64,000 bases of DNA from Polyangiaceae bacterium (GTDB taxonomy: Bacteria; Myxococcota_A; Polyangia; Polyangiales; Polyangiaceae), in contig JBILLK010000033.1 of assembly GCA_044376115.1 (NCBI GenBank), positions 32,001 through 96,000 on the forward strand, in the 5' to 3' direction. Every line of letters starts with the position of its first letter. The first letter of the stretch is position 1. Below the pieces are notes generated by a model. The model ran no database searches. It was not told the DNA's origin and was given only the letters and a program-made list of their open reading frames with translations. Positions 19,250-29,721 of the stretch are shown here, one piece after another. Position numbers and translations under genes: made by a program.

Positions 19250-20242
19250 TCACTTGGGCAACCGGTACTCCCACGTCGGTGGGAGGAATATGGAGAAACC
19301 GAGTTGGGCTTGGACGTTGTTGGTCCAGCTAACCTCATCCGCGAGCCAGAGGCTCGGGTCTTGTGCAAGCGGCTTGCCTTCAGCATCAACACCGGCCGGA
19401 ATCTGCTGATTCTCGAGCTCGTCCGGGAAGATGTAGTCCCGGAGCTCAGCGTTGATGGCGAACCACCGATTGAAGAAGATACGCAGGCCAAGACCGAGGT
19501 TGAACGAAACCTTGGGTGACCAGTCGAAGGTGCGATTGTCCGGATCCACGACAGCGATCGGGCGGGTGCTGATCGCACCAACGCCGCCCACCACGTAGAT
19601 GTCGTAGTGAAAGATGAAGTCGCTAAACCCAGCGAATTTGCCGTACACCGGGACGTACAAGAAGTTCGCGTTGGCGTTCCACTGGTACTCGGTAATTGAC
19701 TGACCAATGCGACCGGCGCGGCTGGTCTGAAGGTTAAACGTCGAAGGGTTGTTAAAGTAGTAGTTGCCGTTGAGGCCAACGCCGATGACGTTCGTGATGT
19801 AGAAGTTCGTAGCGAGACCAATGCTCGGATGTGCGACGAACTGATCGTTCATCGTCAAACCTGCATACGGAGCAAGCTCGAAACGAAGCTGGCGAAGAGC
19901 GTAGATCTGCTGCACCGCGTAGATCTCAGGGTTGAGATCACGTGCAGCCGCCTTCTTTAGGTCGACCGACTTGCATGCGTCGGGGTCAATGGCGCAAAGC
20001 TCTTCCAGACCACCGCCGGCAGGCTCCTCTCCCGTAGCGGGATCGGTCGCAACAGCAGGATCTGTTTCAGCGCCAGGTGCGGGTTCCTCCGTAGGATCCG
20101 CAGCGGGTTTCTCTTCGGTTTTAGTTTCGGCTTTCTTCGGTTGAGCCATTGCGTCGGTTGGCGCTACCAACCCCGCAACGACATTCAGACCGGCTCCGAC
20201 GAGCGCGGCTGCAACGAGTAGCCCCACGCGAGCCTGGTTCAT
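19250..20242 (-). CDS. gltB: myxobacterial outer-membrane beta-barrel, GltB-like
   Basis: Signal peptide; AVQQ..RFELAPYAGLTMNDQF, VPVYGKF, LRDYIF and terminal GFSIFLP; A/B name assigned by gene order. Confidence 0.65.
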   Translation of the reverse strand: MNQARVGLLVAAALVGAGLNVVAGLVAPTDAMAQPKKAETKTEEKPAADPTEEPAPGAETDPAVATDPATGEEPAGGGLEELCAIDPDACKSVDLKKAAARDLNPEIYAVQQIYALRQLRFELAPYAGLTMNDQFVAHPSIGLATNFYITNVIGVGLNGNYYFNNPSTFNLQTSRAGRIGQSITEYQWNANANFLYVPVYGKFAGFSDFIFHYDIYVVGGVGAISTRPIAVVDPDNRTFDWSPKVSFNLGLGLRIFFNRWFAINAELRDYIFPDELENQQIPAGVDAEGKPLAQDPSLWLADEVSWTNNVQAQLGFSIFLPPTWEYRLPK

Positions 20243-20666
20243 CGCCGTCCCTTCCGCTCCGAGCCCACGAGGCCCTGTCGATTCATGTGAAGTCACCTTC
20301 GGTTTCGGTGCGCAAACTTCGCGCGTGGCAACGGTTCCGCTTGTGCTCAGCGAGGGTCCGCTGGGCGAGCCCGGCGGACGATAACAGAAAACGGGTTCCG
20401 TCAATCCAGTCAGTTAGCACTTCGAGCAAATCCTTTTTTGGGGGCGCTCGAAACACCAACACCCTCTCATGCGTCGGGCAAAGCCCCGGAATCATCCGCT
20501 AGAACACTGCGACGGGTGCCCATCTTTCGATCGGCAGTCGAGTGCGCGAGAGGACGAATTAGCGTAAGTTGCTGAATTTAATGCGCAATTTGAACAAGCA
20601 ATAAAGCGTCAGGACTATATCACGGTAGAATTTGACGAATCAACAGCCAAAGTGAGGCGCGGGTTC

Positions 20667-22004
20667 TTATGCCGCCCGTTCCGACGACTCTGCGCTACTT
20701 CCGAGCAACGCCTCAACAAACTCTGCCGCGTCGAAGTCCCGCAAGTCTTCAGCCTTCTCCCCAACGCCGATGTAGCGAACAGGCACTTTGTGTTCGGCTG
20801 AAATTCCGAGGATGACGCCACCCTTCGCTGTCCCGTCCAGCTTGGTCAATACGATGCCAGTTAGCGGTAGTGCTTCCTTGAAGAGTGCCGCCTGTTGAAT
20901 TGCGTTTTGACCGTTCGTGGAGTCGAGCACGAGCAACGTCTCGTGCGGGGCGCCGTCCATCGCTTTCGTCATGGTGCGAGCGATCTTCTTCAGCTCGTCC
21001 ATGAGGTTGGTCTTCGTGTGAAGGCGTCCCGCGGTGTCTGCAAGAACAACGTCAGCACCGATTTCTTTGGCCTTCTGGATCGCGTCGAAGATCACGGCGC
21101 CTGCGTTCGCTCCTTCAGCGCCCGTGACAACCTCGCAGCCGGCCCGCTTTCCCCAAACGAGTAGCTGGTTCACTGCTGCGGCACGAAACGTATCCCCAGC
21201 CGCGAGCACAACCTTCGACCCCTCGCGGGTGAGGCGCGTCGCTAGCTTGCCAATCGTGGTCGTCTTTCCAACTCCATTGACTCCCACCACCATTACAACC
21301 GTCGGCTTGGTTTCGAAGACGAGTGCGCCTCCACCATTGTCAAGTAGCTCGGTGGCCTTACCACGCAAGGCATCCCATACCTTTGCCTCGTCCGTAAGCT
21401 CGCCACGTGAGAGCTTGCCTTTGACCGCGTCCACCAGCTCTTGCGTCGTCGCGACACCAACGTCGCTGCTCAGGAGGATCTCCTCCATTTGCTCGGCGAT
21501 GTTCGGATCAATCTCTTTGCGACCCGTGAAGAGAGCCTTCAATCGACCGAAGAATCCCTCGGTTTCACGAGCGCGGGCGAGGCCGCGCCGAAGCCCAGCG
21601 ACATCCTTCGCTCGTTTGGGCGCCGCTGGTTTGGCAGACACGCGGCTTGCTTCAGTTCGCTTGGTCTCGGTCTTGGTCGGCTCGCTGAAGTCGCCCTTGG
21701 GCTCTGGAGCTGGCTTTGCTGCCGCTTGCTCTGGCTCTTGTTTGGCGGGCTTTTGTGCCTTCTCAGGCTTCTCAGCCTTTTCAGCCTTCTCAGTTCGCGG
21801 CTGCTCCCTGGCGGCCTCTTTCGGCGCAGCGGCAGGCTTCTCGGGTTGAGGACGCACACTTGGTGCGGACTTGGCAGGAAGCTTCTGGGGCTTCTCAGCC
21901 TCTAGTTCCTCTACCTCAGCGCTTTCAGTTTTCTTCGATCGGAGGAAGAAGAAGATCGCCGCGAGGACGGCGATGCCAATCAGGACGAAGACGAAGTTGG
22001 GCAC
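20667..22004 (-). CDS. ftsY: signal recognition particle receptor FtsY
   Basis: GVNGVGKTTTIGKLA, DTFRAAA, DTAGRLHT, TKLDGTAKGG; N-terminal TM helix and K/E/P/A linker. Confidence 0.97.
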   Translation of the reverse strand: MPNFVFVLIGIAVLAAIFFFLRSKKTESAEVEELEAEKPQKLPAKSAPSVRPQPEKPAAAPKEAAREQPRTEKAEKAEKPEKAQKPAKQEPEQAAAKPAPEPKGDFSEPTKTETKRTEASRVSAKPAAPKRAKDVAGLRRGLARARETEGFFGRLKALFTGRKEIDPNIAEQMEEILLSSDVGVATTQELVDAVKGKLSRGELTDEAKVWDALRGKATELLDNGGGALVFETKPTVVMVVGVNGVGKTTTIGKLATRLTREGSKVVLAAGDTFRAAAVNQLLVWGKRAGCEVVTGAEGANAGAVIFDAIQKAKEIGADVVLADTAGRLHTKTNLMDELKKIARTMTKAMDGAPHETLLVLDSTNGQNAIQQAALFKEALPLTGIVLTKLDGTAKGGVILGISAEHKVPVRYIGVGEKAEDLRDFDAAEFVEALLGSSAESSERAA

Positions 22005-22081
22005 GCGGACTCCTGTGGGCGGGGACTATATGAACGGGTTCGGCAGCAAGCAACGTGCGGCGACGATCGAGTCTTCTTTTG

Positions 22082-23842
22082 TCAACTCACGCGGTCCGCC
22101 AAGGGATTGGCTGGGGAAGCTTCAGCGTGGATTGGAACCGTCGTCGGTTCATTGCCCACAACTTCGGCCTCAATGTCTCGCGTGACTGGGGCTGGACCAA
22201 ACGCAACCACTTCAACGCGCGTAGCCCAGCTCTCGACTCGTTCGGCACCCGTACGTGCAGCCACGCGTCGAACGTGCCCCGGCGTCGGTTCCCGCGCTGA
22301 GTCGAAAGGAGTTCCTCGCACGCGAGCCCATCGTACCAGCCGATCCAAAAGTGCGCGGCGACGAGTCACCAGTGCGACTCGCAGAATGGAGGGGGCTGGC
22401 AGCAGCTGTTCGTACGTGGCGTGGAACTCGCCCTCGACCAGCAGGCGCGCGTCTTTCGGGACGTCAGGCACTTCAAGGGAGAAGGTCCCATCCGCCTCGC
22501 TCTTTGTTTGTGCAATCACCGTTCGTCGGTCGAACGAAAGGGTGAAGATGCTCAAGTCAGCGTTTGCCACGGCAAACCCATCGTGCGCGTCCGTTACCTG
22601 GCCCTTCCAACCTTTGAGGCCGCTCGGTCGTTCAAGCACCAAGATCTCGGGCCGGCCCGACGGGGGCGGAGGTATCGCAGAGTCCCGACTTTCGGACTTC
22701 GGCGCTCGCCTCCACTTAAGGACGATCCAAGCGACCAACGCCGCACCAAGCACTGCAAGTGCAACCTGGCGCAGTGGGTGCGGTCCTTTCGCGTGAATTG
22801 TGGAAACCCCAGGAGGTCCGGGTTGCCAATACGGCGTGTTGGCCGAGTAGCGTACGTTGATCTCTACCGTTCGCTCAACGCCGCCCGGAAAGGTGATCAG
22901 TAACTCTGCGCGGCCGTCTTGCACCGGAGCTGCGCCCACGGGCTTGCCGTCGAGCGTTGCCTCGACGAGACCGCCTGCGGCAGGTCCCCGTTGGCTTGTT
23001 ACCGATGTGTCGATCCGAATGCCGTCGTCGGGATCTCCTTCAACCCGCTCGGGGAGCTTGATCTCCACCTTTACAGTGCGGGTCACCTGCGCCGAAACCT
23101 TCGAACCGGCAAGCTGCCGGTCGCCCGCGAATTCAGCCCGTAGTTCACCATCTCCGGGGGGGCCAAGTGCCGACGACTTCACCTCAAAGCGAGCCTTGCC
23201 GTCGCCCCGTGTTGTGGCCGTCGCGACTACTTGGCCTCGCTCGTCCACCAGATTGATCGCCAGCCCTTCGTGTCGACTTGCCGGTAACAGCATGCGGGCT
23301 GCGTCCGCGCGAGCGATGCGCACCGTGACGCCCATCACGTGTTGGTCCTTTTCGAGATCGAGCACTGCCGGCGGAGCGTCAAAGCGAAGGGAGGTGCTTG
23401 CTCGCTGCTCGCCCTCCGGAGTGACAACCGCGTCAGCTTCTGAACCGTCGAAGAACTTATTGCCTCCGTACTTCAGCGAAAAGCTGCCGCGAGAGGTCCG
23501 ACCCGGCCAAACAATACAAAACATTCCACGTTCGTCCGTGGTGACGCTGGCCGTGGTTCGCCCTTCCGTTCGGACGAGAGTATCCTCTCCAGGGCAGGCG
23601 CCGATGCCGTCCAGGTTGAGCTGAGTCGTTCCGTCTCGCGCCTCGAGTTTGAGTGCAGCGCGCCCAAGTGATGCTCCAACCTCGTCGAGCAGCGCGCCGC
23701 GCACCATGACGTCAGCGGTCCTGCCGACCGCAATGACCTCGAGGGAACTTGCGCCTCGCACCCTTAGCTCGACCGCGCGCGCTGTGCGCGAAATCAGGAG
23801 AACAGGCAGGCATAGTACGGCGAGGAGGAGGTACGATTTCAC
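22082..23842 (-). CDS. membrane protein with Ig-like and carboxypeptidase-regulatory-like domains
   Basis: GTG start 23842 with GAGAGG RBS; signal peptide; TTDERGMF and TRGDGKARF strands; TM helix; GQVTDAHDGFAVANA domain. Confidence 0.65.
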   Translation of the reverse strand: MKSYLLLAVLCLPVLLISRTARAVELRVRGASSLEVIAVGRTADVMVRGALLDEVGASLGRAALKLEARDGTTQLNLDGIGACPGEDTLVRTEGRTTASVTTDERGMFCIVWPGRTSRGSFSLKYGGNKFFDGSEADAVVTPEGEQRASTSLRFDAPPAVLDLEKDQHVMGVTVRIARADAARMLLPASRHEGLAINLVDERGQVVATATTRGDGKARFEVKSSALGPPGDGELRAEFAGDRQLAGSKVSAQVTRTVKVEIKLPERVEGDPDDGIRIDTSVTSQRGPAAGGLVEATLDGKPVGAAPVQDGRAELLITFPGGVERTVEINVRYSANTPYWQPGPPGVSTIHAKGPHPLRQVALAVLGAALVAWIVLKWRRAPKSESRDSAIPPPPSGRPEILVLERPSGLKGWKGQVTDAHDGFAVANADLSIFTLSFDRRTVIAQTKSEADGTFSLEVPDVPKDARLLVEGEFHATYEQLLPAPSILRVALVTRRRALLDRLVRWARVRGTPFDSAREPTPGHVRRVAARTGAERVESWATRVEVVAFGPAPVTRDIEAEVVGNEPTTVPIHAEASPANPLADRVS

Positions 23843-23907
23843 CAGCCTCTCGGTAAAGAGCGCCCAGCTGTCACGAGCGGGCTGGTGGGCGGGTTCAGTC
23901 GTCCTCA

Positions 23908-23970
23908 TTCGGCCGTGTTTGTCGCAGCGTGCACGAGTCATTCTGTTTGCGGAATCAACCTTCGGTTGAA
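23908..23970. repeat. structured intergenic repeat, copy 2 (right half)
   Basis: TTCGGCCGTGTTTGTCGCAGCGTGCACGAGTCATTCTGTTTGCGGAATCAACCTTCGGTTGAA aligns with 57570-57630 and 57666-57706. Confidence 0.7.
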
Positions 23971-24167
23971 GACCCAATGCAACGTATCTCAGCGCTCTTC
24001 GCACTACTAGGTGGCATGTCTTCCCACCGACTTTTGCGGCCAGTGAAGCGAACGCCTGCTCCCGTCGTCTTAGACTGGCCGGTGAGAAGTCCGGCTTCCC
24101 CTTGGCACGGCGGCAAGCGGGAGTACTTCCGCGCGGTTGTGGGAGGCTCTGAATTGTTCGTTGGTGT

Positions 24168-25010
24168 ATGGTGATTCGGATGGTCGACGTGCGAGTCGGA
24201 GTCCCAAGTATTTCGTTCGCGCGCTGGCTGCTCGCGTCGGCTGTGGCGCTCATAGCTGTGCTTCTGGTCAACCCAGTTCACGCTGCTCCGAAGGTCGAAG
24301 ATCTCGCTAAGCAGCTCTCCTCCGACGACTTCCGGGTTCGCACACAGGCGGCGCTTGCTCTCGGGGCTTCGGGAGACAGTGCTGCAGTCAAGCCGCTGTG
24401 TGGCGCGCTCAAAGACTCGAACCAAACGGTGCGGCTTGCTGTGGTCGCCGGGCTTGGCAAGCTCGGGCGTGATGAGGGTGCAAAGTGCATTCGCGCTGCA
24501 AAGCCCGAAGAGAAAGACGCAGCTGTTACGCAATCGATGGACAAGGCACTTGATAACATCGCTCTCGGCGGTGACCCTCCAGTGCCTGGCGCCGCTGCGA
24601 AGTACTACGTCGCAATTCAAGTGGTGAACCGCACTAACCGCTCTCAACTAGAAGTCGAAGGTATTGTTCGCCGAGCTCTTTCGGCCAAGCTCTTGAGCAA
24701 CAGTGCGAACGCAGTTGCTCCAAGGAACGAGTCCAACCAGCAGGCGACCAACATCGTCAACGCCCGTAAGTTGAAGGGGTACGTACTGTCTGCGAGCGTC
24801 GAGCCGTTCAGTTATGCCGGCGGTAACTTGACGGTAGTGCTCAAGGTTTCGATGTCAACGTACCCAGACCGCTCGCTAAAGGCTGAGTTCTCTCCAAAGC
24901 TAACGCAAAAGGACACACCTAAGGAGGATGCGGCAGCTGAGCGAGTGCTCGTGAAGATGGCTGCGGAGAACGCTGCTGACAGTTTCACGAAGGTCGTTGC
25001 GTCGCTTTGA
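24168..25010 (+). CDS. exported HEAT-repeat protein
   Basis: Signal peptide ending VHA; DDFRVRTQAALALG and LKDSNQTVRLAVVAGLG repeats; start uncertain. Confidence 0.75.
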   Translation: MVIRMVDVRVGVPSISFARWLLASAVALIAVLLVNPVHAAPKVEDLAKQLSSDDFRVRTQAALALGASGDSAAVKPLCGALKDSNQTVRLAVVAGLGKLGRDEGAKCIRAAKPEEKDAAVTQSMDKALDNIALGGDPPVPGAAAKYYVAIQVVNRTNRSQLEVEGIVRRALSAKLLSNSANAVAPRNESNQQATNIVNARKLKGYVLSASVEPFSYAGGNLTVVLKVSMSTYPDRSLKAEFSPKLTQKDTPKEDAAAERVLVKMAAENAADSFTKVVASL

Positions 25011-25060
25011 CACATCGCTCTGCGCTCGATTTTTAACTTCTGCGAGACCGCCGACGTAGC

Positions 25061-25909
25061 ATGAAGGTGCCCATGTCTGAATCCCCCGACCCTTCCATGC
25101 AGAGCCCTCGACCGCGTTACAAGCGCAGCGCGCGGAACTACCTGCTCGACCCAGTCTTCCAGCTTAAGTACACGGGTTTTCTTGTCCTAATCGCGTTGGC
25201 TTTATCGGCAACCCTCGGCATCCTCATCTATCGAGCGAGCACTGAGATTGTAGAGCAAACCAGTCGCACCGTTGAGGAAGGCAAGGAGACGGTCAAACAA
25301 GGTCAGTCCACGGTCGACCGTCAACGCGACCTCATCAGCTTGTCAAATAAGTTGAATGAGGTGGTCAAGTCGCAGATCGATACGTGCTACCCGGGGCAAG
25401 AGGAGCTTGCGAAGAGCTTCTCCGATGCGGCTGCTCAAGATGGGGCGAAGTTAGCCGCGGAGCAAAAGCGACTCGAAGACGATAAAGGTCGACTCGACGC
25501 GCGTGCCATTAAGCTCGAGCAGGACGTCGTCGAGGTGAAGAAGCGCCAAGGCACAATTCTCATCGGACTCGTCGCGGTGCTCTCTGTGCTCGTGTTTGCG
25601 ATCGGAGTTGCCGGAATCGTGTTTACTCACAAGATCGCCGGACCGATCTACAAGATGAAACGCCTCTTTCGCCAGCTAGGGGAGGGGAAGCTGATTCTTC
25701 GCGAGAAGCTCCGCAAGGGCGATGAACTTCAGCATTTCTTTGAATCCTTCGAAGCGATGGTTGAGCAGATGCGCGATCGGCAGCGGGCCGAAATCGAGAT
25801 GCTTACGGCAGCCATGACGAAGCTTGAGGAGAGCGGCAAGGCCGATGAAGAAGGCATGATTGCGCTCAGATCGGTTCGCGCCGAGATGCAAGATCACCTG
25901 GAGGCGTGA
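25061..25909 (+). CDS. two-TM HAMP-domain protein without output domain
   Basis: RNYLLDPVFQLKY, two TMs around a coiled coil, THKIAGPIYKM...LRKGDEL HAMP-like segment. Confidence 0.7.
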   Translation: MKVPMSESPDPSMQSPRPRYKRSARNYLLDPVFQLKYTGFLVLIALALSATLGILIYRASTEIVEQTSRTVEEGKETVKQGQSTVDRQRDLISLSNKLNEVVKSQIDTCYPGQEELAKSFSDAAAQDGAKLAAEQKRLEDDKGRLDARAIKLEQDVVEVKKRQGTILIGLVAVLSVLVFAIGVAGIVFTHKIAGPIYKMKRLFRQLGEGKLILREKLRKGDELQHFFESFEAMVEQMRDRQRAEIEMLTAAMTKLEESGKADEEGMIALRSVRAEMQDHLEA

Positions 25910-25923
25910 GCCCAAGCGCTCGT

Positions 25924-26292
25924 CTAGAATGCGGCTTCTACGTGTTCGATCAGCGGCGTCCCATCCCCGGTAAACGTCACGCTCACTAGATCAAAGCGCA
26001 TCCGTTCAACCGAGAAATCCCGAGCGAAGTGCTTTCGCCAAAGTGCCGTTCCAGCCGCTCGGACGCGTGAACGCTTGCGCCAGTCGACGCTCGTAAGTGC
26101 GGGTACCCACGAACCAGCGGAGCGGGTCCGGACCTCTACGACAACCACAAGCTCACCGCGGCGAACGAGCAGATCGACTTCAAGGCGCCCAACACGGAGA
26201 TTGCGACCGAGGACGATGAACCCGTGTTCCGACAAAAAAGAAGCGGCCGCATTTTCGGCGGCCCTTCCAAGTTCAGTCTTGCTCAGCTGCAA
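25924..26292 (-). CDS. yraN: YraN (UPF0102) family nuclease-like protein
   Basis: LGRAAENAAASFL, EVDLL, VVEVRTR, RFDLVSV, IEHVEAAF. Confidence 0.9.
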   Translation of the reverse strand: MQLSKTELGRAAENAAASFLSEHGFIVLGRNLRVGRLEVDLLVRRGELVVVVEVRTRSAGSWVPALTSVDWRKRSRVRAAGTALWRKHFARDFSVERMRFDLVSVTFTGDGTPLIEHVEAAF

Positions 26293-26298
26293 GCGCTC

Positions 26299-27264
26299 TT
26301 ACTCGCCGGCCGTGCCCTTTTGTCCCTGGCACTCATCACCCTTGTTCCCAACCACGGTTCCACACGACTGAGTGGCGCGAGTGACCTCAACCTTACCGTC
26401 TGAGACGATCGGGTCATCCGCCTTGACGCAGTACTTGCCCGTCAGCTGCTGATCACCAAGGTCGAGGAACGGCCTAACCTCTGCACACTGGAAGCCATCC
26501 GGGCACTCACAGAAGTTGAAGTTGTCGTCCGCCGGCGCCCCTTCCGCGACGCCGCAGCGGCACGAGCAATAAACTGCGTTCTCCGCATTGCGCAGGTTCT
26601 CCGCATCACATTGGCCACAGACCTCTGCGGCAACGGGCGTATCCGTCCCGGGGATGCAACAATCCTTGTCTAGGTTCTCCTCGACAGAGAGCGTTCCGTC
26701 CTGGCAGTTGCCGGGCTTGTGACAAACGAACAGGCGGCACTGCTTGGTGTCCGCGTCGCAGCTGTACCCAGTGGGGCAGGAGTTGTCGCTGCATTGACAG
26801 AATCCCTCAGGATCACAAGCAGTTCCAAGCGCCTCGCAAGCAGTGTCATCGGAACAAGCGGGCGCAAACACGTCGGATTCGACACACTTCTCACCCTCGC
26901 CAGCGCAAGACGCGTCGGGGCCTGCACAAGGCTCCTTCGCTGACTGTCCAGCGGGACAACTGACCCTTCCTTGGAAGAAGTTCACGAGACAAATACGAGA
27001 CTCGCACTGGAAACTGCGAGATTCGATGTTCTCCTGCGTCAGTTGAAAGCCCGCAAACGTACCCCGGTATTCGTCCTCCGGCGTACAAGGATCACCAATC
27101 CCCCCTGTTTGGCAGGAGCTTGGAAGTGCCGCGGCGGCGGAAATCGCGCCGATTGCCAACGAAGCCTTGAGGAGTTTGCTCCCCCACGCGAACTGCGAAA
27201 CCTCCCCACGCGCAGGAAGTGAACTGCCAGATCGAGTGGAGACCATACCTTCTTCTCGCGTCAT
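26299..27264 (-). CDS. cglC: Cys-rich lipoprotein, CglC/GltK-like gliding motility protein
   Basis: Lipobox-like LPSSC, IGDPC..E.RSFQCESRICL, YCSCRC and terminal YCVK motifs; divergent from gltC. Confidence 0.55.
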   Translation of the reverse strand: MTREEGMVSTRSGSSLPARGEVSQFAWGSKLLKASLAIGAISAAAALPSSCQTGGIGDPCTPEDEYRGTFAGFQLTQENIESRSFQCESRICLVNFFQGRVSCPAGQSAKEPCAGPDASCAGEGEKCVESDVFAPACSDDTACEALGTACDPEGFCQCSDNSCPTGYSCDADTKQCRLFVCHKPGNCQDGTLSVEENLDKDCCIPGTDTPVAAEVCGQCDAENLRNAENAVYCSCRCGVAEGAPADDNFNFCECPDGFQCAEVRPFLDLGDQQLTGKYCVKADDPIVSDGKVEVTRATQSCGTVVGNKGDECQGQKGTAGE

Positions 27265-27820
27265 GTTGCGTGCAAGCTCCTTCGTCGCCGAATGGCGCAG
27301 GCTCTCACTTCAGTTTTATGCAGGGAAGGCCCTGCCAATGCGTTCAAAGCCCCTGAATCATCAGGAAAATCGCCACCCAACGGGCGGCTCTCAAACCAAC
27401 AAGCATGCAAAGAGGACGGGACTGTACCCAATCGTCCTTCATAGCGTCAACCATCAATCCCGTTCCTTTGTAGCGGACCTCGAGAGCGTCATGTGGTTCT
27501 ATGTGTGCAGCGACCTGGGTAATCTCCAGGCGCTCGACTTGCTTCAAACTGGCGGTTTTCGGCGTTGACACGACGTTTCCCCGGTGGGTACCATCCGCCG
27601 TCGCTACGGTTAGCTTTGTTGCAATCTTTAGTGGTTTCAAGCTCTTAGTAATTGGCTGCGCGAGGGTCTCATCCGGCCCGCGAGTTCGGCTTAGCGGTCA
27701 CCCTATCTCCCCTCGGAGTTCTGGGCCGCCGTCAAGCCTCTGGGCCTCGGCACACGACAGGGTCAAAACCAAAGGCCCGCCGGTTGTTCTCCAACTCTCG
27801 AAACGTTGAGGATATTGACG

Positions 27821-29572
27821 ATGCGAAAACGTTCCTTCGGCTGGGCCTCGTTGGCCTCCGCTCTCTTGGTGGTCGGCTCCAGCCTCGTTGGCCCGGGCTC
27901 CGCGCCGAATTGGCTTTCGGTGGGCGCACGTGACGCCCAGGCTCAGCCGAAAAAAGCTGAAGTGATCGACCTCGATGCTGACGAGGGTAAGGAAGAGGGC
28001 AAGACGGATGCCCCGCCGGGTGAGCCGCCGGCCATCGGCACGATGACTGAAGAGGCCGCCCAAGCGAAGCGGCTGTTCGACAAGGCCCAGTGGGAGGATG
28101 CGGCGCTCGCTCTTCGCCGCGTAACCGGTGGCGAAACCGGGGACGATGAAGGCAACAAGCAGATCGCCCAGTACCATCTGGCAATCGCGCTCTTCAACCT
28201 GAAGTTCTACCAAGCCAGCTACTCAATCTTCTCCGACATCGCTGGCAACAAGGCGCACCACAAGTTCAACGAAACGCTGCTTTGGCTGGCAAAGCTCGCG
28301 ACTCAATTGCCTGAGCCCGCCGACATTGTCGAGCGAGTGGGAAAGTACGACGACGAGGCGCTGAAAGGCTTCAACAACCCAAACCAGCAAAACCTCTACT
28401 GGCAGCTCTCTTATCTCTTGGGCCGTTATCGCTACCGCGCTCGCAGTTATGACGAGGCCATCACGCTATTCAAGCAGGTGGACAAGCGCTCGCCCTACTA
28501 CGTTCAAGCGCAGTTTTTCCAAGGCATCACTCACGTTCAAAAGCGGGAATCGATCCCCGCAGTGAAGGCCTTCCAAAACATCATCGACACTCTTCCCGAT
28601 GCAGAAGGGGTTGATGACAAGGCGCGTATGCAAGACTTGGCGCACTTGTCGATGGCCCGTACGTACTACTCCGCGTCGGTGCGTTTGGATGACAGCGGTA
28701 TCCCCAAGATTGACCCGAAGAAACTATCGGCCGCAGTCAAATATTGGAACCGGGTGGACGTCGCGAGTGAGTACTGGCTCGACGCGCTCTTCGAGGGGTC
28801 CTGGGCCTACTTCATGGCTGGCGATTACCCTCACGCACTCGGCAACATTCACACGCTTGAGTCGCCATTCTTTCCCAACTCCTTCTACCCGGAGGCAGAG
28901 ATCTTGAAGGCGGTTATCGCCTTTACGATCTGTCAGTACGAGGACGCGACCACGATCGTTGCCCGCATGAAAGAGCGGTACGAGCCAATCCGCAAGGAGC
29001 TCGACGGCATTCTCGATAAGTACAAGGACGACGAATCAGGTCAGCAGTTCTTCTCGTTCATGAAGGAGGTTCGTGAGGGCAAGGCAAAGTTGTCGCCCAC
29101 CGTCAAGCCGATCGTTGAGAACGCGCTCTCGGATCGCCAGCTACTGCGCAACATCGAGTACGTGAAGCTACTCGACCAGGAGGCAACCCTGTTCAAGTCG
29201 AAGAACGCGGCTTTCCAGAGTTCAGACTTGGGAGCCGACATCACCGACGCGCTCGACTTGGCTCGCGAACTCGCCGTTCGTAACGCTGGTACGCTCGCGA
29301 GGGACCGCTACACGCGCTACCTCGACGAGTTGAACGAGCATCTTCGCAACGCACAAAAGATCCTCATCGACATCGTGAACGCTGAGCGCAACAAGCTCGA
29401 TGAGAAGGTGATTAAGGGTCAGATCGGAAAAGAAGAGACGGACGTTTACGGCGTGGTCTCGCCTGATGAAGAGCACGTGCTTTGGCCGTTTGATGGCGAG
29501 TACTGGCGCGACGAACTCGGGTTCTACCGTCAGGTCGTTGTTTCTAAGTGTGGTGGCGGACCGAAGAAGTAA
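27821..29572 (+). CDS. gltC: gliding motility TPR protein GltC
   Basis: Signal peptide, TPRs, WLDALFEGSWAYF, ALGNIHTLESPFF, C-terminal WPFDGEYWRDELGFY. Confidence 0.85.
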   Translation: MRKRSFGWASLASALLVVGSSLVGPGSAPNWLSVGARDAQAQPKKAEVIDLDADEGKEEGKTDAPPGEPPAIGTMTEEAAQAKRLFDKAQWEDAALALRRVTGGETGDDEGNKQIAQYHLAIALFNLKFYQASYSIFSDIAGNKAHHKFNETLLWLAKLATQLPEPADIVERVGKYDDEALKGFNNPNQQNLYWQLSYLLGRYRYRARSYDEAITLFKQVDKRSPYYVQAQFFQGITHVQKRESIPAVKAFQNIIDTLPDAEGVDDKARMQDLAHLSMARTYYSASVRLDDSGIPKIDPKKLSAAVKYWNRVDVASEYWLDALFEGSWAYFMAGDYPHALGNIHTLESPFFPNSFYPEAEILKAVIAFTICQYEDATTIVARMKERYEPIRKELDGILDKYKDDESGQQFFSFMKEVREGKAKLSPTVKPIVENALSDRQLLRNIEYVKLLDQEATLFKSKNAAFQSSDLGADITDALDLARELAVRNAGTLARDRYTRYLDELNEHLRNAQKILIDIVNAERNKLDEKVIKGQIGKEETDVYGVVSPDEEHVLWPFDGEYWRDELGFYRQVVVSKCGGGPKK

Positions 29573-29721
29573 CTTTTAGTAGCACTCGCTCGCGGGATGC
29601 CTCCCGGCGAAAAGTGCCATGCTCGAGATGGGGAGCCCAGGCTCCCCCTCGGAACTGACTTCACAGAAGGTTGGATCCAAGGGCGACGCCCCTCTGCGCG
29701 TCTGAGGTACGGAGACGAATC

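Noticed and set aside
21760..22004. TM anchor and EKA/EKP repeats in FtsY
   Set aside because: Variable N-terminal FtsY domains are well known
24104..24120. TGGCACG as a sigma54 promoter
   Set aside because: No TTGC -12 element at the required spacing
23843..24271. 5' extension of the 729-aa ORF
   Set aside because: Crosses an intergenic repeat and the divergent HEAT gene; signal peptide and RBS fit 23842
27265..27820. ncRNA or riboswitch in the long cglC/gltC intergenic region
   Set aside because: No recognisable family motif or strong structure; explained as divergent promoters
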